From a bacterium (GTDB taxonomy: Bacteria > Hinthialibacterota > Hinthialibacteria > Hinthialibacterales > Hinthialibacteraceae), in assembly GCA_041946805.1 (NCBI GenBank), contig JBHGBC010000054.1, positions 1 through 33,857 of the forward strand: DNA of 33,857 bases, in the 5' to 3' direction. Each line of letters begins with the position of its first letter. Position 1 is the first letter of the stretch. The notes under the pieces are model-generated. The model did no database searches, had not been told where the DNA came from, and saw only the letters and a program-made list of their open reading frames with translations. Made by a program: the position numbers and the translations under genes. Positions 1-8,591 of this stretch are shown in pieces.

Positions 1-159
1 CTGGATCTCCTGGCCGGCCATGATCTTGCGCCCGGCAATCTTGGCCTCGTAGAGTTTATCGATCTCCGCCAGTTCCTTTTTTTGTTCCTCGCTGGGAGGC
101 GGCCCCGAGGGGGATTCCTTCTCCAGCCGTTCCATCGCCAACTCATACGCGCTTTTCAT
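1..159 (-). CDS. conserved hypothetical protein, 3' end truncated by the window edge
   Basis: Read by hand because it is not in the ORF track: ATG at 159, then MKSAYELAMERLEKESPSGPPPSEEQKKELAEIDKLYEAKIAGRKIMAGQEIQ. GGGAG RBS upstream. Same strand as, and downstream of, dnaJ. Confidence 0.8.
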   Translation of the reverse strand, partial: MKSAYELAMERLEKESPSGPPPSEEQKKELAEIDKLYEAKIAGRKIMAGQEIQ

Positions 160-299
160 GACTCGGCTCCCTGATCGATTTTTTAGTTTATTCTGATGAC
201 AATAGATTCATCCGGCCAACGCGCTCAGGAGGGGGAAAGAGTAGTGCCTCCACTGAAGGATGCGGCCGGGCGCCAAGATCCTCCCGGCAACAATTCCCT

Positions 300-1433
300 T
301 CATCCCCCAAACACCTGCTTGACGCGCTCGAAGAATGACTGGGATTGCGGATTGGTATCCTCGCCGCTGATGGCCGCAAATTCCTCCAGCAGTTCCCGTT
401 GCCGGGCCGTCAACCGGGTGGGCGTTTCGACCATGACCCGCACCAGTTGATCCCCATGGCCGTATCCCCGCAGGCTGGGCATGCCTTTTCCCGAAAGCCG
501 GAACAATTTGCCGGTCTGGGTGCCGGCGGGCAGTTTCATGTTGACGCTCCCGCTCAAGGTGGGCACTTTGATTTCCGCTCCCAGCGCCGCCTGGGTGAAC
601 GAAATGGGCACCTCGCAAATTACGTCATCGTCTTCGCGTTGGAATACGGGATGATCCTGTACGATCAGAACAATATAAAGATCGCCGGGAGGCCCCCCGT
701 TGTAGCCGGATTCGCCTTCCCCCGCGACTTTCAGTTTCAAGCCGGTCATGGCGCCGGGCGGTATGCGGACGGACACCCGGTTGCTGCTCTTGGCCCGGCC
801 GTTGCCATGGCATTTCACGCAGGGATTTTTGATGATCTGCCCGGTCCCGCTGCAACGGTTGCAGGTCCGGGAGATGCTGAAAAAGCCCTGGGCGATGCGC
901 ACCTGGCCCGAGCCGTTGCATTGCGGGCAGGTTTCCGGATGGTGCCCGGGCACACACCCGCTCCCGTTGCACGCATCACAGGGGACCAGTTTGGGCACCT
1001 GGATCGGCTTTTCCACTCCCCGGTACGCTTCTTCCAGGGTGATTTCCAGGTCGTAGCGCAGATCGTTCCCGCGGCGGCTGCGCGAAGTGGAGCGCCTTCG
1101 TGACCGCCCGCCTCCGAAAATCTCTTCGAAAATATCGCCGAATCCGCCGAATATATCCTGGAAATCATGAAACGCCGCGTCGCCGAAGCCCCCGGCGCCC
1201 ACTCCGGCATGACCGAACTGATCGTATTTTCCCCGCTTTTCGGGATTGCTGAGAACCTCGTAGGCCTCCGTGGCTTCCTTGAACTTCTCCTCCGCGTTTT
1301 TATCGCCCGAGTTGCGGTCCGGGTGATATTTCATCGCCAGCTTGCGGTACGCTTTTTTAATCTCCTCTGGACTCGCGTTCCGGCTGACGCCAAGTACCTC
1401 GTAATAGTCTCGTTTATCTGCCATTATGGCCAT
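300..1433 (-). CDS. dnaJ: molecular chaperone DnaJ (class A)
   Basis: J domain with [10 protein letters not shown] and HPD, G/F-rich region with DIF motifs, four CxxCxGxG zinc-finger repeats, C-terminal GDLY domain. The true start may be 1424 (MADKRDYY). Confidence 0.98.
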   Translation of the reverse strand: MAIMADKRDYYEVLGVSRNASPEEIKKAYRKLAMKYHPDRNSGDKNAEEKFKEATEAYEVLSNPEKRGKYDQFGHAGVGAGGFGDAAFHDFQDIFGGFGDIFEEIFGGGRSRRRSTSRSRRGNDLRYDLEITLEEAYRGVEKPIQVPKLVPCDACNGSGCVPGHHPETCPQCNGSGQVRIAQGFFSISRTCNRCSGTGQIIKNPCVKCHGNGRAKSSNRVSVRIPPGAMTGLKLKVAGEGESGYNGGPPGDLYIVLIVQDHPVFQREDDDVICEVPISFTQAALGAEIKVPTLSGSVNMKLPAGTQTGKLFRLSGKGMPSLRGYGHGDQLVRVMVETPTRLTARQRELLEEFAAISGEDTNPQSQSFFERVKQVFGG

Positions 1434-1498
1434 ATCCTATCCTCATACGTGCCAGAATGACACGGATTGGACACCGCTCATGGAGATTTCAGCCAACA

Positions 1499-1527
1499 TT
1501 TATATGTATCTGGTATAAATATAGCAA
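1499..1527 (-). promoter_or_regulatory. candidate sigma-70 promoter for dnaJ
   Basis: Minus strand TTGCTA-N17-TATAAA about 65 bp upstream of the dnaJ start. Confidence 0.4.
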
Positions 1528-2010
1528 TTCCCGGTCCTATTTCCGGATACCGGCAGCATGGCCTGGAAATCCCTCCAAGGAGATTGTTGGAGACCTGCAA
1601 TGGGGCTTAGGGGAATGCGCCCCCACGGTTAATCGCCCTGACAGGTCCCTCGTTCCCCGCTTGGGCAGAGATGGCATCCCCCAACGGTATTCTGTATACT
1701 TCCAACGCACACAGGCGGTCCGCCCGTACTGCAACTCGGTGAGATTCCATCCCCCAACGAGTTCTGGTCACATATCAGGGCCTATTTCTTTCGTACCCAT
1801 GGATCCATTTGTGTCCTTGGGAGAATCTTCACCCTCCATATCAACTTGACCCAGTGGCAACATGGGATCCCCCCGGGAGGTTTAAAACGATAAAGAGGCC
1901 CTTCGCATGCCCTCCCGATCCGGTTTGCGGCTTCGCTGATTGGCCGAAGGGAGATATATTACATCATTTAATACGTTTTCTATTCATTCCCACGGGATAC
2001 GCGGCAAATC

Positions 2011-3771
2011 ATGATACCCAAACGGACCCATTATTGCGGCGATTTGCGGCCGGAACATATCGGCCAGAGAGTGATCTTGAGCGGCTGGGTGTGGCACTGG
2101 CGCGACCACGGCGGCGTGATCTTCATCGACCTGCGCGACCGCGCCGGTCATTGCCAATTGGTTTTCGACCCCCGGGTGGATCAGGAACTGCACGACCGCG
2201 CCAACGACCTCCGCAGCGAATACTGCGTTTCCATCTCCGGCCTGGTCCGCCGGCGGCCGGAAGGAACCGTGAATCCCAAAATGGCCACGGGGGAGATCGA
2301 AGTAGTGGCCGATCAGTTGACGCTCTTCAGCGTATCGGAAACACCCCCATTCCCCATCGACGATCATTTGGAGGCCGGCGAGGACATCCGCCTCAAGTAC
2401 CGTTACCTGGATATGCGCCGCCCCAGCCTGCGTGAATCCCTGCTGTTCCGCAGCCGTTGTGCCCAGGCGGTGCGCAACTATTTCGCCCGGCACGGTTTCA
2501 TCGAAGTGGAAACCCCGGTCTTGAGCAAATCCACGCCGGAGGGGGCCCGCGACTTTCTGGTTCCCAGCCGCATGTTTCCCGGCGAATTCTACGCGCTGCC
2601 CCAATCGCCCCAGATCTACAAACAAATCTGCATGATCGGCGGCCTGGACCGGTATTTCCAGATCGTCAAATGCTTCCGGGATGAAGACAACCGCGCCGAC
2701 CGCCAGCCCGAATTCACCCAGATCGATGTGGAAATGTCCTTCATCACGCCCGAGGACATCTACCCGGTCATGGAAGGCCTGATCCAGACTCTCTATCGCG
2801 ATCTCCTGGCCGTGGAGGTACCCACCCCGTTCCCACGCATGTCCTATGCCGACGCCATGGAACGCTTCGGGTCCGACCGGCCCGACATCCGCTTCGGGAT
2901 GGAGTTGCGGGACATCGGCGATATCGCCCGCGAATCGGAATTCAAAGTTTTTCAAAGCGTTCTGGAAAAAGGCGGCAAGATCTCGGGCCTCTGCGTCCCG
3001 GGCGGGGCCGCCTTCAGCCGCAAGGAAATCGACGACCTGGGCGCGGAAGCGGCCATCTTCGGGGCTAAGGGACTGGCCTGGATGAAAGTCGGCGAGAACG
3101 GACTGGAATCGAGTATCGTCAAGTTCTTCTCCCCCGCGCTGCAAAACCGGCTCCTCGAGCGCTTCGAAGCGCGTCCGGGCGATCTCCTTCTCTTCGTGGC
3201 CGACGAATCCAAGGTGGTTTACGCCAGCCTGGGGTCGTTGCGCCTCAAAATCGCCGCCCGCCTGAATCTCTATGATCCCAACGAAAACAAGTTCCTGTGG
3301 GTAGTGGATTTCCCCATGTTCGAAAAGGGCGATGATGGCCTGCCCACGCCCTGCCACCATCCCTTCACGTCCCCGCATCCGGATGACCTGCCCTACCTCG
3401 AGAGCGATCCCTTCCGGGTCCGTTCGCTGGCCTATGACATGGTTCTGAACGGCATCGAGATCGGCGGCGGCAGCATCCGGATTCACAGCCAGGAGCTGCA
3501 AAGCCGCGTTTTCCGACTCTTGGGCATCGACGAAGTCCACGCCCAGGAAAAATTCGGCTTCCTGCTCGACGCGCTGCGCTTCGGCCCTCCGCCCCACGGC
3601 GGCATCGCCTTCGGCTTCGACCGGCTGATCATGCTCATGCGCCGGGAGCCGAACATCCGCGAGGTCATGGCGTTCCCCAAAAACAACCGCGCCCAGGCGG
3701 TCATGGAAGGCGCGCCCTCGGCCGTCGAGGAAACGCAGCTCAGGGAATTGGGCTTGCGCATCCGGGGGTGA
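2011..3771 (+). CDS. aspS: aspartate--tRNA(Asp/Asn) ligase, non-discriminating type
   Basis: RTHYCG start, OB-fold with RDHGG, PEGARDFLVPSR, ALPQSPQ, motif 2 CFRDED, GAD insert, GGGSIRIH, motif 3 PPHGGIAFGFDR. Confidence 0.98.
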   Translation: MIPKRTHYCGDLRPEHIGQRVILSGWVWHWRDHGGVIFIDLRDRAGHCQLVFDPRVDQELHDRANDLRSEYCVSISGLVRRRPEGTVNPKMATGEIEVVADQLTLFSVSETPPFPIDDHLEAGEDIRLKYRYLDMRRPSLRESLLFRSRCAQAVRNYFARHGFIEVETPVLSKSTPEGARDFLVPSRMFPGEFYALPQSPQIYKQICMIGGLDRYFQIVKCFRDEDNRADRQPEFTQIDVEMSFITPEDIYPVMEGLIQTLYRDLLAVEVPTPFPRMSYADAMERFGSDRPDIRFGMELRDIGDIARESEFKVFQSVLEKGGKISGLCVPGGAAFSRKEIDDLGAEAAIFGAKGLAWMKVGENGLESSIVKFFSPALQNRLLERFEARPGDLLLFVADESKVVYASLGSLRLKIAARLNLYDPNENKFLWVVDFPMFEKGDDGLPTPCHHPFTSPHPDDLPYLESDPFRVRSLAYDMVLNGIEIGGGSIRIHSQELQSRVFRLLGIDEVHAQEKFGFLLDALRFGPPPHGGIAFGFDRLIMLMRREPNIREVMAFPKNNRAQAVMEGAPSAVEETQLRELGLRIRG

Positions 3772-3784
3772 CCGCAAACATCAT

Positions 3785-3810
3785 CTCCTTTGATCATAAA
3801 GGGGTTTTTT
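3785..3810 (+). terminator. probable intrinsic terminator after aspS
   Basis: CTCCTTT-gatcat-AAAGGGG hairpin followed by TTTTTT, 13 bp after the stop codon. Confidence 0.6.
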
Positions 3811-3850
3811 GTACTTGTATTTGATACCTTTTTTGGGCTCATTCGGGAAA

Positions 3851-4030
3851 TGCGTACCTCATGAGTTAAATCGATTCCATTCACTCCGGGATGAGGGCGG
3901 ACACAAAGGTCCGCCCCTACAAAAATACCCTCACCCTGACCCTCCCAGAGGGAGAGGGGATTCATTACTATTGTTTTATCCAACCCAGGGCTTACGCCCT
4001 GGGCTATACTCATGCCGCGCCGTAGGCGCT
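3851..4030 (-). repeat. composite REP-like element, type I (modules C-A-B plus GGTACGCA tail)
   Basis: On the minus strand: module C at 3984-4030, module A at 3928-3959, GTAG hairpin B (GTAGGGGCGGACCTTTGTGTCCGCCCT) at 3894-3920, tail at 3851-3858. Same order as 33601-33854. Confidence 0.85.
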
Positions 4031-4055
4031 CCCTTGCCTCATCCCCGCCCGCGGG

Positions 4056-5531
4056 TTACGCCAACAGTTCCTCGATCGCCTTGCCCTTGCCGTTGTTGGT
4101 CACGTAGAACGGCCGTTCTTCAATAACATAATACGTATCCGCGGGAATACCCAACGCTTTGTAAATCGTGGCGTATACATCGATCAACCGCACGGGTTTC
4201 TCGACGGGCAGCATGGGATGCCGGTCCGCCGTTTTCCCATACACGAATCCCTGCTTGAAACCGCCCCCGAAGAACAGCACGCACGAGGCGGAACTGAAGT
4301 GCCCGTGATGGCCGTACAGTCGCTCGTTTTCAATGATCAGCGAATCGCCGGTCTGGCTTTCGTCGAAGCCCAGTTTCTCCTGGCCGGCGGCGGGTTTGTC
4401 GGCCACGGTCCGGCCGAATTCGGTGGCGATCACCACCAGCGTGCGCTCCAGCAGCCCACGCTCGTCCAGTTCGCGGATCAAGTTCCCGATGGGCCGGTCG
4501 ATCGCCTGCTTCATGCCTACCATGCGCGAGTGGCCGTCCTCGTGCGTGTCAAAGCCCTTGAACGGCGCGTACTGATACTCCACCTCGATGAACCGCGCCC
4601 CAGCCTCCACCAGCCGCCGGGCCAGCAGGCAACCCAAACCGAACCGGTGTCCCACATCGTAGGCCTGGATCGTTTCCGGCTTCTCTTCCGCCAGGTTAAA
4701 AGCTTTCTTGACCGGCGAATCCATCATGGCCCGGGCGCCTTCCACCACCTGCAGGTAATCCTTGACCTTGCCGGATTCGCGGATCTCCGCGCTGCTCAAC
4801 CCCGAGATGGCCTCAAAGTATTTTTGCCGCCGGTCCAGCCGTTCCGGGGTCATGCCGGCCACCGCATTCAAGGTGGGCAAACCCTTGTCCGGATCGGGGA
4901 TCATGAAGGGCGCGTATTTCACTCCCAGAAAACCAGGTCCCTGATATTGGCTGATGAACAGGAACTCCTCGTTCGAGGTGTCGATGTCCCGTCCGATGTC
5001 AATATAAGCCGGCACGTTCGGATCGCGGCGGCCCAGCGACCGCGCCACGATGGATCCCATGGAGGGAACCTGCACCCCCGCAGGGAACTCATAGCTGGTC
5101 ATCAGATAATGTTGCGCCTTGAGGTGAATCGCCCCGAATTTGGTGTCGGAGGTCAGGGTGCGCAGAAGCGTCCCCTTGTGCATGACCTTCGCGATATGCT
5201 CCAGCCCTTCCGAGAGATAGATACCGTCCGCCGAGGTGGGGATTTTGGGGAAAGTGGAGAGCATCTGGCTGCCCTTCATACCCGGCTCGAAGGGCGTGTG
5301 CTCCTTGGGATCCCAGGTATCCGGTTGTGAAATACCACCTGGCAGCCAGATCAGAATCATGGCGTCCGCGGTGGGATTCACCGGGTTGTCCAGTCCTTCC
5401 CGGGACAGCGCGAAACCGGGCGTGGAGCTCCCGCCGAGCGTCAACGCCCCCGCGGCCAGCGCCCCCGCTTTCAAAAACTCACGCCGCGAAACGGGATATT
5501 GAATATCGAGTATATTTTTCTTTGTATTCAT
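4056..5531 (-). CDS. DUF1501 domain protein with Tat signal
   Basis: SRREFLK twin-arginine motif, ILIWLPGGISQPDTWDPK, CLLARRLVEAGARFIEV, FDTH, TEFGRT, GGGFKQGFVYGKT. Confidence 0.92.
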   Translation of the reverse strand: MNTKKNILDIQYPVSRREFLKAGALAAGALTLGGSSTPGFALSREGLDNPVNPTADAMILIWLPGGISQPDTWDPKEHTPFEPGMKGSQMLSTFPKIPTSADGIYLSEGLEHIAKVMHKGTLLRTLTSDTKFGAIHLKAQHYLMTSYEFPAGVQVPSMGSIVARSLGRRDPNVPAYIDIGRDIDTSNEEFLFISQYQGPGFLGVKYAPFMIPDPDKGLPTLNAVAGMTPERLDRRQKYFEAISGLSSAEIRESGKVKDYLQVVEGARAMMDSPVKKAFNLAEEKPETIQAYDVGHRFGLGCLLARRLVEAGARFIEVEYQYAPFKGFDTHEDGHSRMVGMKQAIDRPIGNLIRELDERGLLERTLVVIATEFGRTVADKPAAGQEKLGFDESQTGDSLIIENERLYGHHGHFSSASCVLFFGGGFKQGFVYGKTADRHPMLPVEKPVRLIDVYATIYKALGIPADTYYVIEERPFYVTNNGKGKAIEELLA

Positions 5532-5773
5532 GGCTTATTCTCCATGGATTGGTTTTGATGATAGTTTTCAGATACCGGGATAAGCGGCTGGCCGCCTTAT
5601 TTTCTGGCTCATCCGGCAGGCGCGACTATGTTTTATGGAAGTAACCGACTCCCGATGTATTCAGGCGTAGAGTTCAATCCCAAATCCCTCGGGGCTGATC
5701 TTTACCCACAAGTACGGTCCACTTGGGCTCGAGTCGTAGTGTAATCCACCAACGATAACCTCTCCTATCTGAT

Positions 5774-5806
5774 CCCTCTCCCTTTGGGAGAGGACCGGGG
5801 TGAGGG
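5774..5806 (-). repeat. REP-like module A copy
   Basis: CCCTCTCCCTTTGGGAGAGGACCGGGGTGAGGG. Confidence 0.85.
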
Positions 5807-5860
5807 TAAAAACCGATCTCCCTCCTTTCCCGTCTCGGATTATTTTCTCACCTCAAGTCT

Positions 5861-5890
5861 CCCGCGGCTCACCCGAAGGTTCGCCCTCCC
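5861..5890 (-). repeat. GGAG-initiated REP-like hairpin (single copy in the window)
   Basis: Minus strand GGGAGGGCGAACCTTCGGGTGAGCCGCGGG, an imperfect hairpin right after the DUF1553 stop codon. Confidence 0.45.
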
Positions 5891-5905
5891 TGGATCTTCA
5901 CCGGT

Positions 5906-7624
5906 TTACCGGATGAATTGAAACTCCGGGCTGACCGCCAGGCCCCACAGCAGGTCTTTCCAATCGTCCCTCCCCGCGCCTTCGTCCAGAAACGCCAGGC
6001 TCACCTTCCGCTCTTCCACCGTTGGTTTACGGTTCAGCAAGGAGAGAAACGCCGTGTCCAGCGCTTCCTCACGAGATGGAATTCCAACCAGCCGGCCGGG
6101 CAGATCCGCATTGTCCAACACTTCATTCAGATGCTCGCCGTTGATGAATTCGAGCGCCTGGATGACAGCGGATTCTTCCGAACGGACGGTCATGACCTCA
6201 TTGCGGGTTTCGGGGCGGCCCAGCGAACGTGTCAGCCCGGTGGATAAATCGTCATACGACATCCGCCGGCCGCTGACGCCCAAGGCCACCGACAGCGAAT
6301 CCAAAAATTGCTCACAGGTCAGGCGGCGGTGCGCCGGCGACCGGAATAAGCGGGAATGGTCCATCCCCACTTCGAACCGGTCGGCCAGCCGCGGATCGAA
6401 CCGCAGTTGATACGTGCGGGAATTGAGGATCAACCGCACCATATGCTTGATGTCGTATCCATGGGAGACAAATTCATACGCAAGCCAATGCAGCAATTCG
6501 GGATGCGAGGGGGGATTGTCCATCCGGAAATCGTCCACGGGTTCCACAATACCCAAGCCCATGTACCGTTTCCACAGCCGGTTGACAAACGTGGTGGCGA
6601 ACTGGGGATCGGCCGGATCGATGATCAGCCGGGTCACTTCGGACAGCCGCGCCTCGAGGGTGTCCAGTTTCTTTCCCTCGCTGTTGCCGTTGTCGTAAAT
6701 GAAGGTGGGAGCGAGAAATTCGTCGTGCTTGACTTCACACCGGATCAATTGCAGGTCCTTTGGCGCAAAATAGCTGGCGAAACCAAGAAAGCGCTTCTGC
6801 GGCCACTCGAAATTGAGAAAATGGTCGTGGCAGCTGGCGCATTTCATCTTCATTCCCAAAAAAACTTGCCCCACGCTGGCCGCCGTCTGCACGCTGTCCA
6901 GGTGCGTTTCCGACTTGACATAACCGCCCCGGTACTTGGCCGCGTCCGGATCGAGCAATTGCGCCACGAACACGTCATACGGTTTGTTTTCCCGGAAACT
7001 GTCGATGATGAACTGTTTGAAATTCGCCCGAGTGCCGACGCCCCCCTGGTGATTGCCGTTGCTGCACAAGGCGTCTTCCCAGAATTGCGTCCAGTGGATG
7101 GCGTATTCCTCGTTCCGGGCCAGGAGCGAATCGATCAGTTGGGAGCGTTTATCGGGACCGGGATTGGAGAGGAACGCCTCCACCTCGGTGGCGCAGGGAA
7201 TCACCCCGATGGCGTCCAGGAACACCCGGCGGATGAAGACCGTGTCGTCACAAATCCGCGGATCATCACCATCCGGCCATTTCGCAGTGATGAACCGGTC
7301 GATTGGATTATTAGCATCACCGTGGCCCTCGGGCGGCGCGGGAGGCGGCGGCAGGGTGGCCAGCCGTTCCTTCCGGAGATGATCCAGGCGCTCCAGGTAG
7401 GCTTGATAATAGATTTCCTCCGCCTGGGCAGCTGCATCCCGTGCGGCTTGCACGGCTTGCTGGACCGCGTTTTGGGCGGACTGGGCGGCTTCGGCGGCGG
7501 CCCGGGCAGCCTTGGCGGCATCCTGGACTCGGGTGAAAGGAGTATCCTCTTCTCCCGCGAAGGCCCACGATATGCAAATAACTAGAATGATTCCAGGCAG
7601 AAAAGCGATTTTTCGACGACTCAT
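5906..7624 (-). CDS. DUF1549/DUF1553 (PSD1, planctomycete-type) secreted protein
   Basis: Signal peptide, NPIDRFI, FIRRVFLDAIG, KCASCHDH, FVNRLWKRYMGLGIVEPVDD, PSHPELLHWLA, YDIKHMVRLILNSRTYQ, terminal SPEFQF. Typical partner of the downstream DUF1501 gene. Confidence 0.92.
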   Translation of the reverse strand: MSRRKIAFLPGIILVICISWAFAGEEDTPFTRVQDAAKAARAAAEAAQSAQNAVQQAVQAARDAAAQAEEIYYQAYLERLDHLRKERLATLPPPPAPPEGHGDANNPIDRFITAKWPDGDDPRICDDTVFIRRVFLDAIGVIPCATEVEAFLSNPGPDKRSQLIDSLLARNEEYAIHWTQFWEDALCSNGNHQGGVGTRANFKQFIIDSFRENKPYDVFVAQLLDPDAAKYRGGYVKSETHLDSVQTAASVGQVFLGMKMKCASCHDHFLNFEWPQKRFLGFASYFAPKDLQLIRCEVKHDEFLAPTFIYDNGNSEGKKLDTLEARLSEVTRLIIDPADPQFATTFVNRLWKRYMGLGIVEPVDDFRMDNPPSHPELLHWLAYEFVSHGYDIKHMVRLILNSRTYQLRFDPRLADRFEVGMDHSRLFRSPAHRRLTCEQFLDSLSVALGVSGRRMSYDDLSTGLTRSLGRPETRNEVMTVRSEESAVIQALEFINGEHLNEVLDNADLPGRLVGIPSREEALDTAFLSLLNRKPTVEERKVSLAFLDEGAGRDDWKDLLWGLAVSPEFQFIR

Positions 7625-7843
7625 GCGGCCTTGTACCTCCCTATTGATACGATTTATTTCAAGTAGGGGGTTATTATAATGACTAAATTGATCAAGTAAA
7701 TAGACTTTTTTGGATACAAGGTCCTGTCGTATAGGCCGGGGAGGGAGAAGGATAAAAAAGGTTCATCCGGTAAGAGCGTACTTTTTATCAAGCCGGTCCG
7801 GCCGCTCTTCAATCGGGCTAACCGTGGAGATCCACCACCGAAA

Positions 7844-7956
7844 CCCCTCTCCCTCTGGGAGAGGGCTAGGGTGAGGGATTTTTTGATAGGGGCTGACCTT
7901 GGTGTCCGCCCCCATCCAGTGGCGGATGTCATCTATTTAACTTCATCCGGTACGCA
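7844..7956 (+). repeat. composite REP-like element, type I, partial (A-B plus tail)
   Basis: Module A at 7844-7877, B (ATAGGGGCTGACCTTGGTGTCCGCCCC) near 7886-7913, then ATTTAACT and GGTACGCA (7949-7956) as in the 3851 copy. Confidence 0.85.
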
Positions 7957-7973
7957 ATTGTGGGATGAACCAT

Positions 7974-8005
7974 AAAAAAGACCCCTTTCACCGGAGTGAA
8001 AGGGG
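7974..8005 (-). terminator. intrinsic terminator
   Basis: Perfect 10-bp stem CCCCTTTCAC/GTGAAAGGGG, 4-nt loop, followed on the minus strand by TCTTTTTT. Confidence 0.8.
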
Positions 8006-8196
8006 ATTCCAGAGTTAAGGGTAATGGCGGAAAGTGAGAGTGATGTCACTTCCGGCATCGTTGTGATTCGTTAGCAATGCTTGGCCAGCGGCTAAGCCTT
8101 TAAAATTATTTGTTTTGCGATTTCCCCTGGCTATCAACCTGGCGGTGGGTAGCGTTATCCACCGGCCGACTATTTTTTAATTGACAATTTGCTTTA

Positions 8197-8508
8197 TTAA
8201 TTGACCATTCTTTCCGCCGATTCCGCGAAGGCTTGGCGGAGATGGACGATCCGTTGGTGGATTTCCTCGAGCCGTTCGTAGAAGCGGGGGATTTCCTCGG
8301 ACACGATTTCCATCATGGCGTAATCCCGTTCGCGGATGTTTTGCTGTTTCACATCATGGAGAACCTGGATCATGGCTTCTAAAAATTCAGCCTGGTCCAC
8401 CAGTTTTTTTTCTTGACGGATCCACCGTTCACCCGCCGTCTGCAAGCGGCCGGCGTACCGCTTCTTGGTTTTGCTGACGGCAACAGGTAAGTGAACAATC
8501 CGGGCCAT
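8197..8508 (-). CDS. small helical hypothetical protein (103 aa)
   Basis: GGAGG RBS at 8514-8518, amphipathic helical sequence, own sigma-54 promoter upstream. Confidence 0.8.
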   Translation of the reverse strand: MARIVHLPVAVSKTKKRYAGRLQTAGERWIRQEKKLVDQAEFLEAMIQVLHDVKQQNIRERDYAMMEIVSEEIPRFYERLEEIHQRIVHLRQAFAESAERMVN

Positions 8509-8544
8509 GAAATCCTCCGTGAGTCAATCACCCCTCACGAAGGA

Positions 8545-8560
8545 AGCAACGGTTGTGCCA
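8545..8560 (-). promoter_or_regulatory. sigma-54 (-24/-12) promoter
   Basis: Minus strand TGGCACAACCGTTGCT matches TGGCAC-N5-TTGCW with exact GG-N10-GC spacing, 36 bp upstream of the ATG at 8508. Confidence 0.85.
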
Positions 8561-8578
8561 GTATCATATCCTCATAAT

Positions 8579-8591
8579 AATCAATGAATTA
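8579..8591. promoter_or_regulatory. IHF-binding site
   Basis: AATCAATGAATTA matches WATCAANNNNTTR, just upstream of the sigma-54 promoter. Confidence 0.6.

Noticed and set aside
345..1103. Long antisense ORFs (also 1984-3777, 4218-5330, 6356-7585, 14905-16176, 26821-28005, 28098-30047)
   Set aside because: They are shadows of well-supported genes on the opposite strand, expected from high-GC codon bias, with no recognisable motifs.
1457..1849. 130-aa ORF in the dnaJ-aspS spacer
   Set aside because: No RBS, atypical composition, and it overlaps the dnaJ promoter region.
1434..2010. CIRCE element, T-box or 6S RNA upstream of dnaJ/aspS
   Set aside because: No TTAGCACTC-N9-GAGTGCTAA, no T-box GGTGG-x-ACC with terminator, and no long end-to-end hairpin visible.
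3483..4013. ORFs crossing repeat clusters (also 7654-7932, 18697-19167, 31744-31992, 33516-33785) sharing peptides such as LSLWER, LSQRER and MSIAQG
   Set aside because: The shared peptides are translations of modules A and C, not a protein family.
8073..8087. Sigma-54-like TGGCCAAGCATTGCT (minus); similarly TGGACAACGGTTGC at 12631-12644
   Set aside because: Spacing is GG-N9-GC, whereas sigma-54 requires N10.
8085..8125. tmRNA-tag-like or c-di-GMP-riboswitch-like text (GCAAAAC...GCTTAGCCGCT, minus strand)
   Set aside because: No tRNA-like ends, no in-frame ALAA-stop, and the GEMM P1/P2 pattern is not satisfied.
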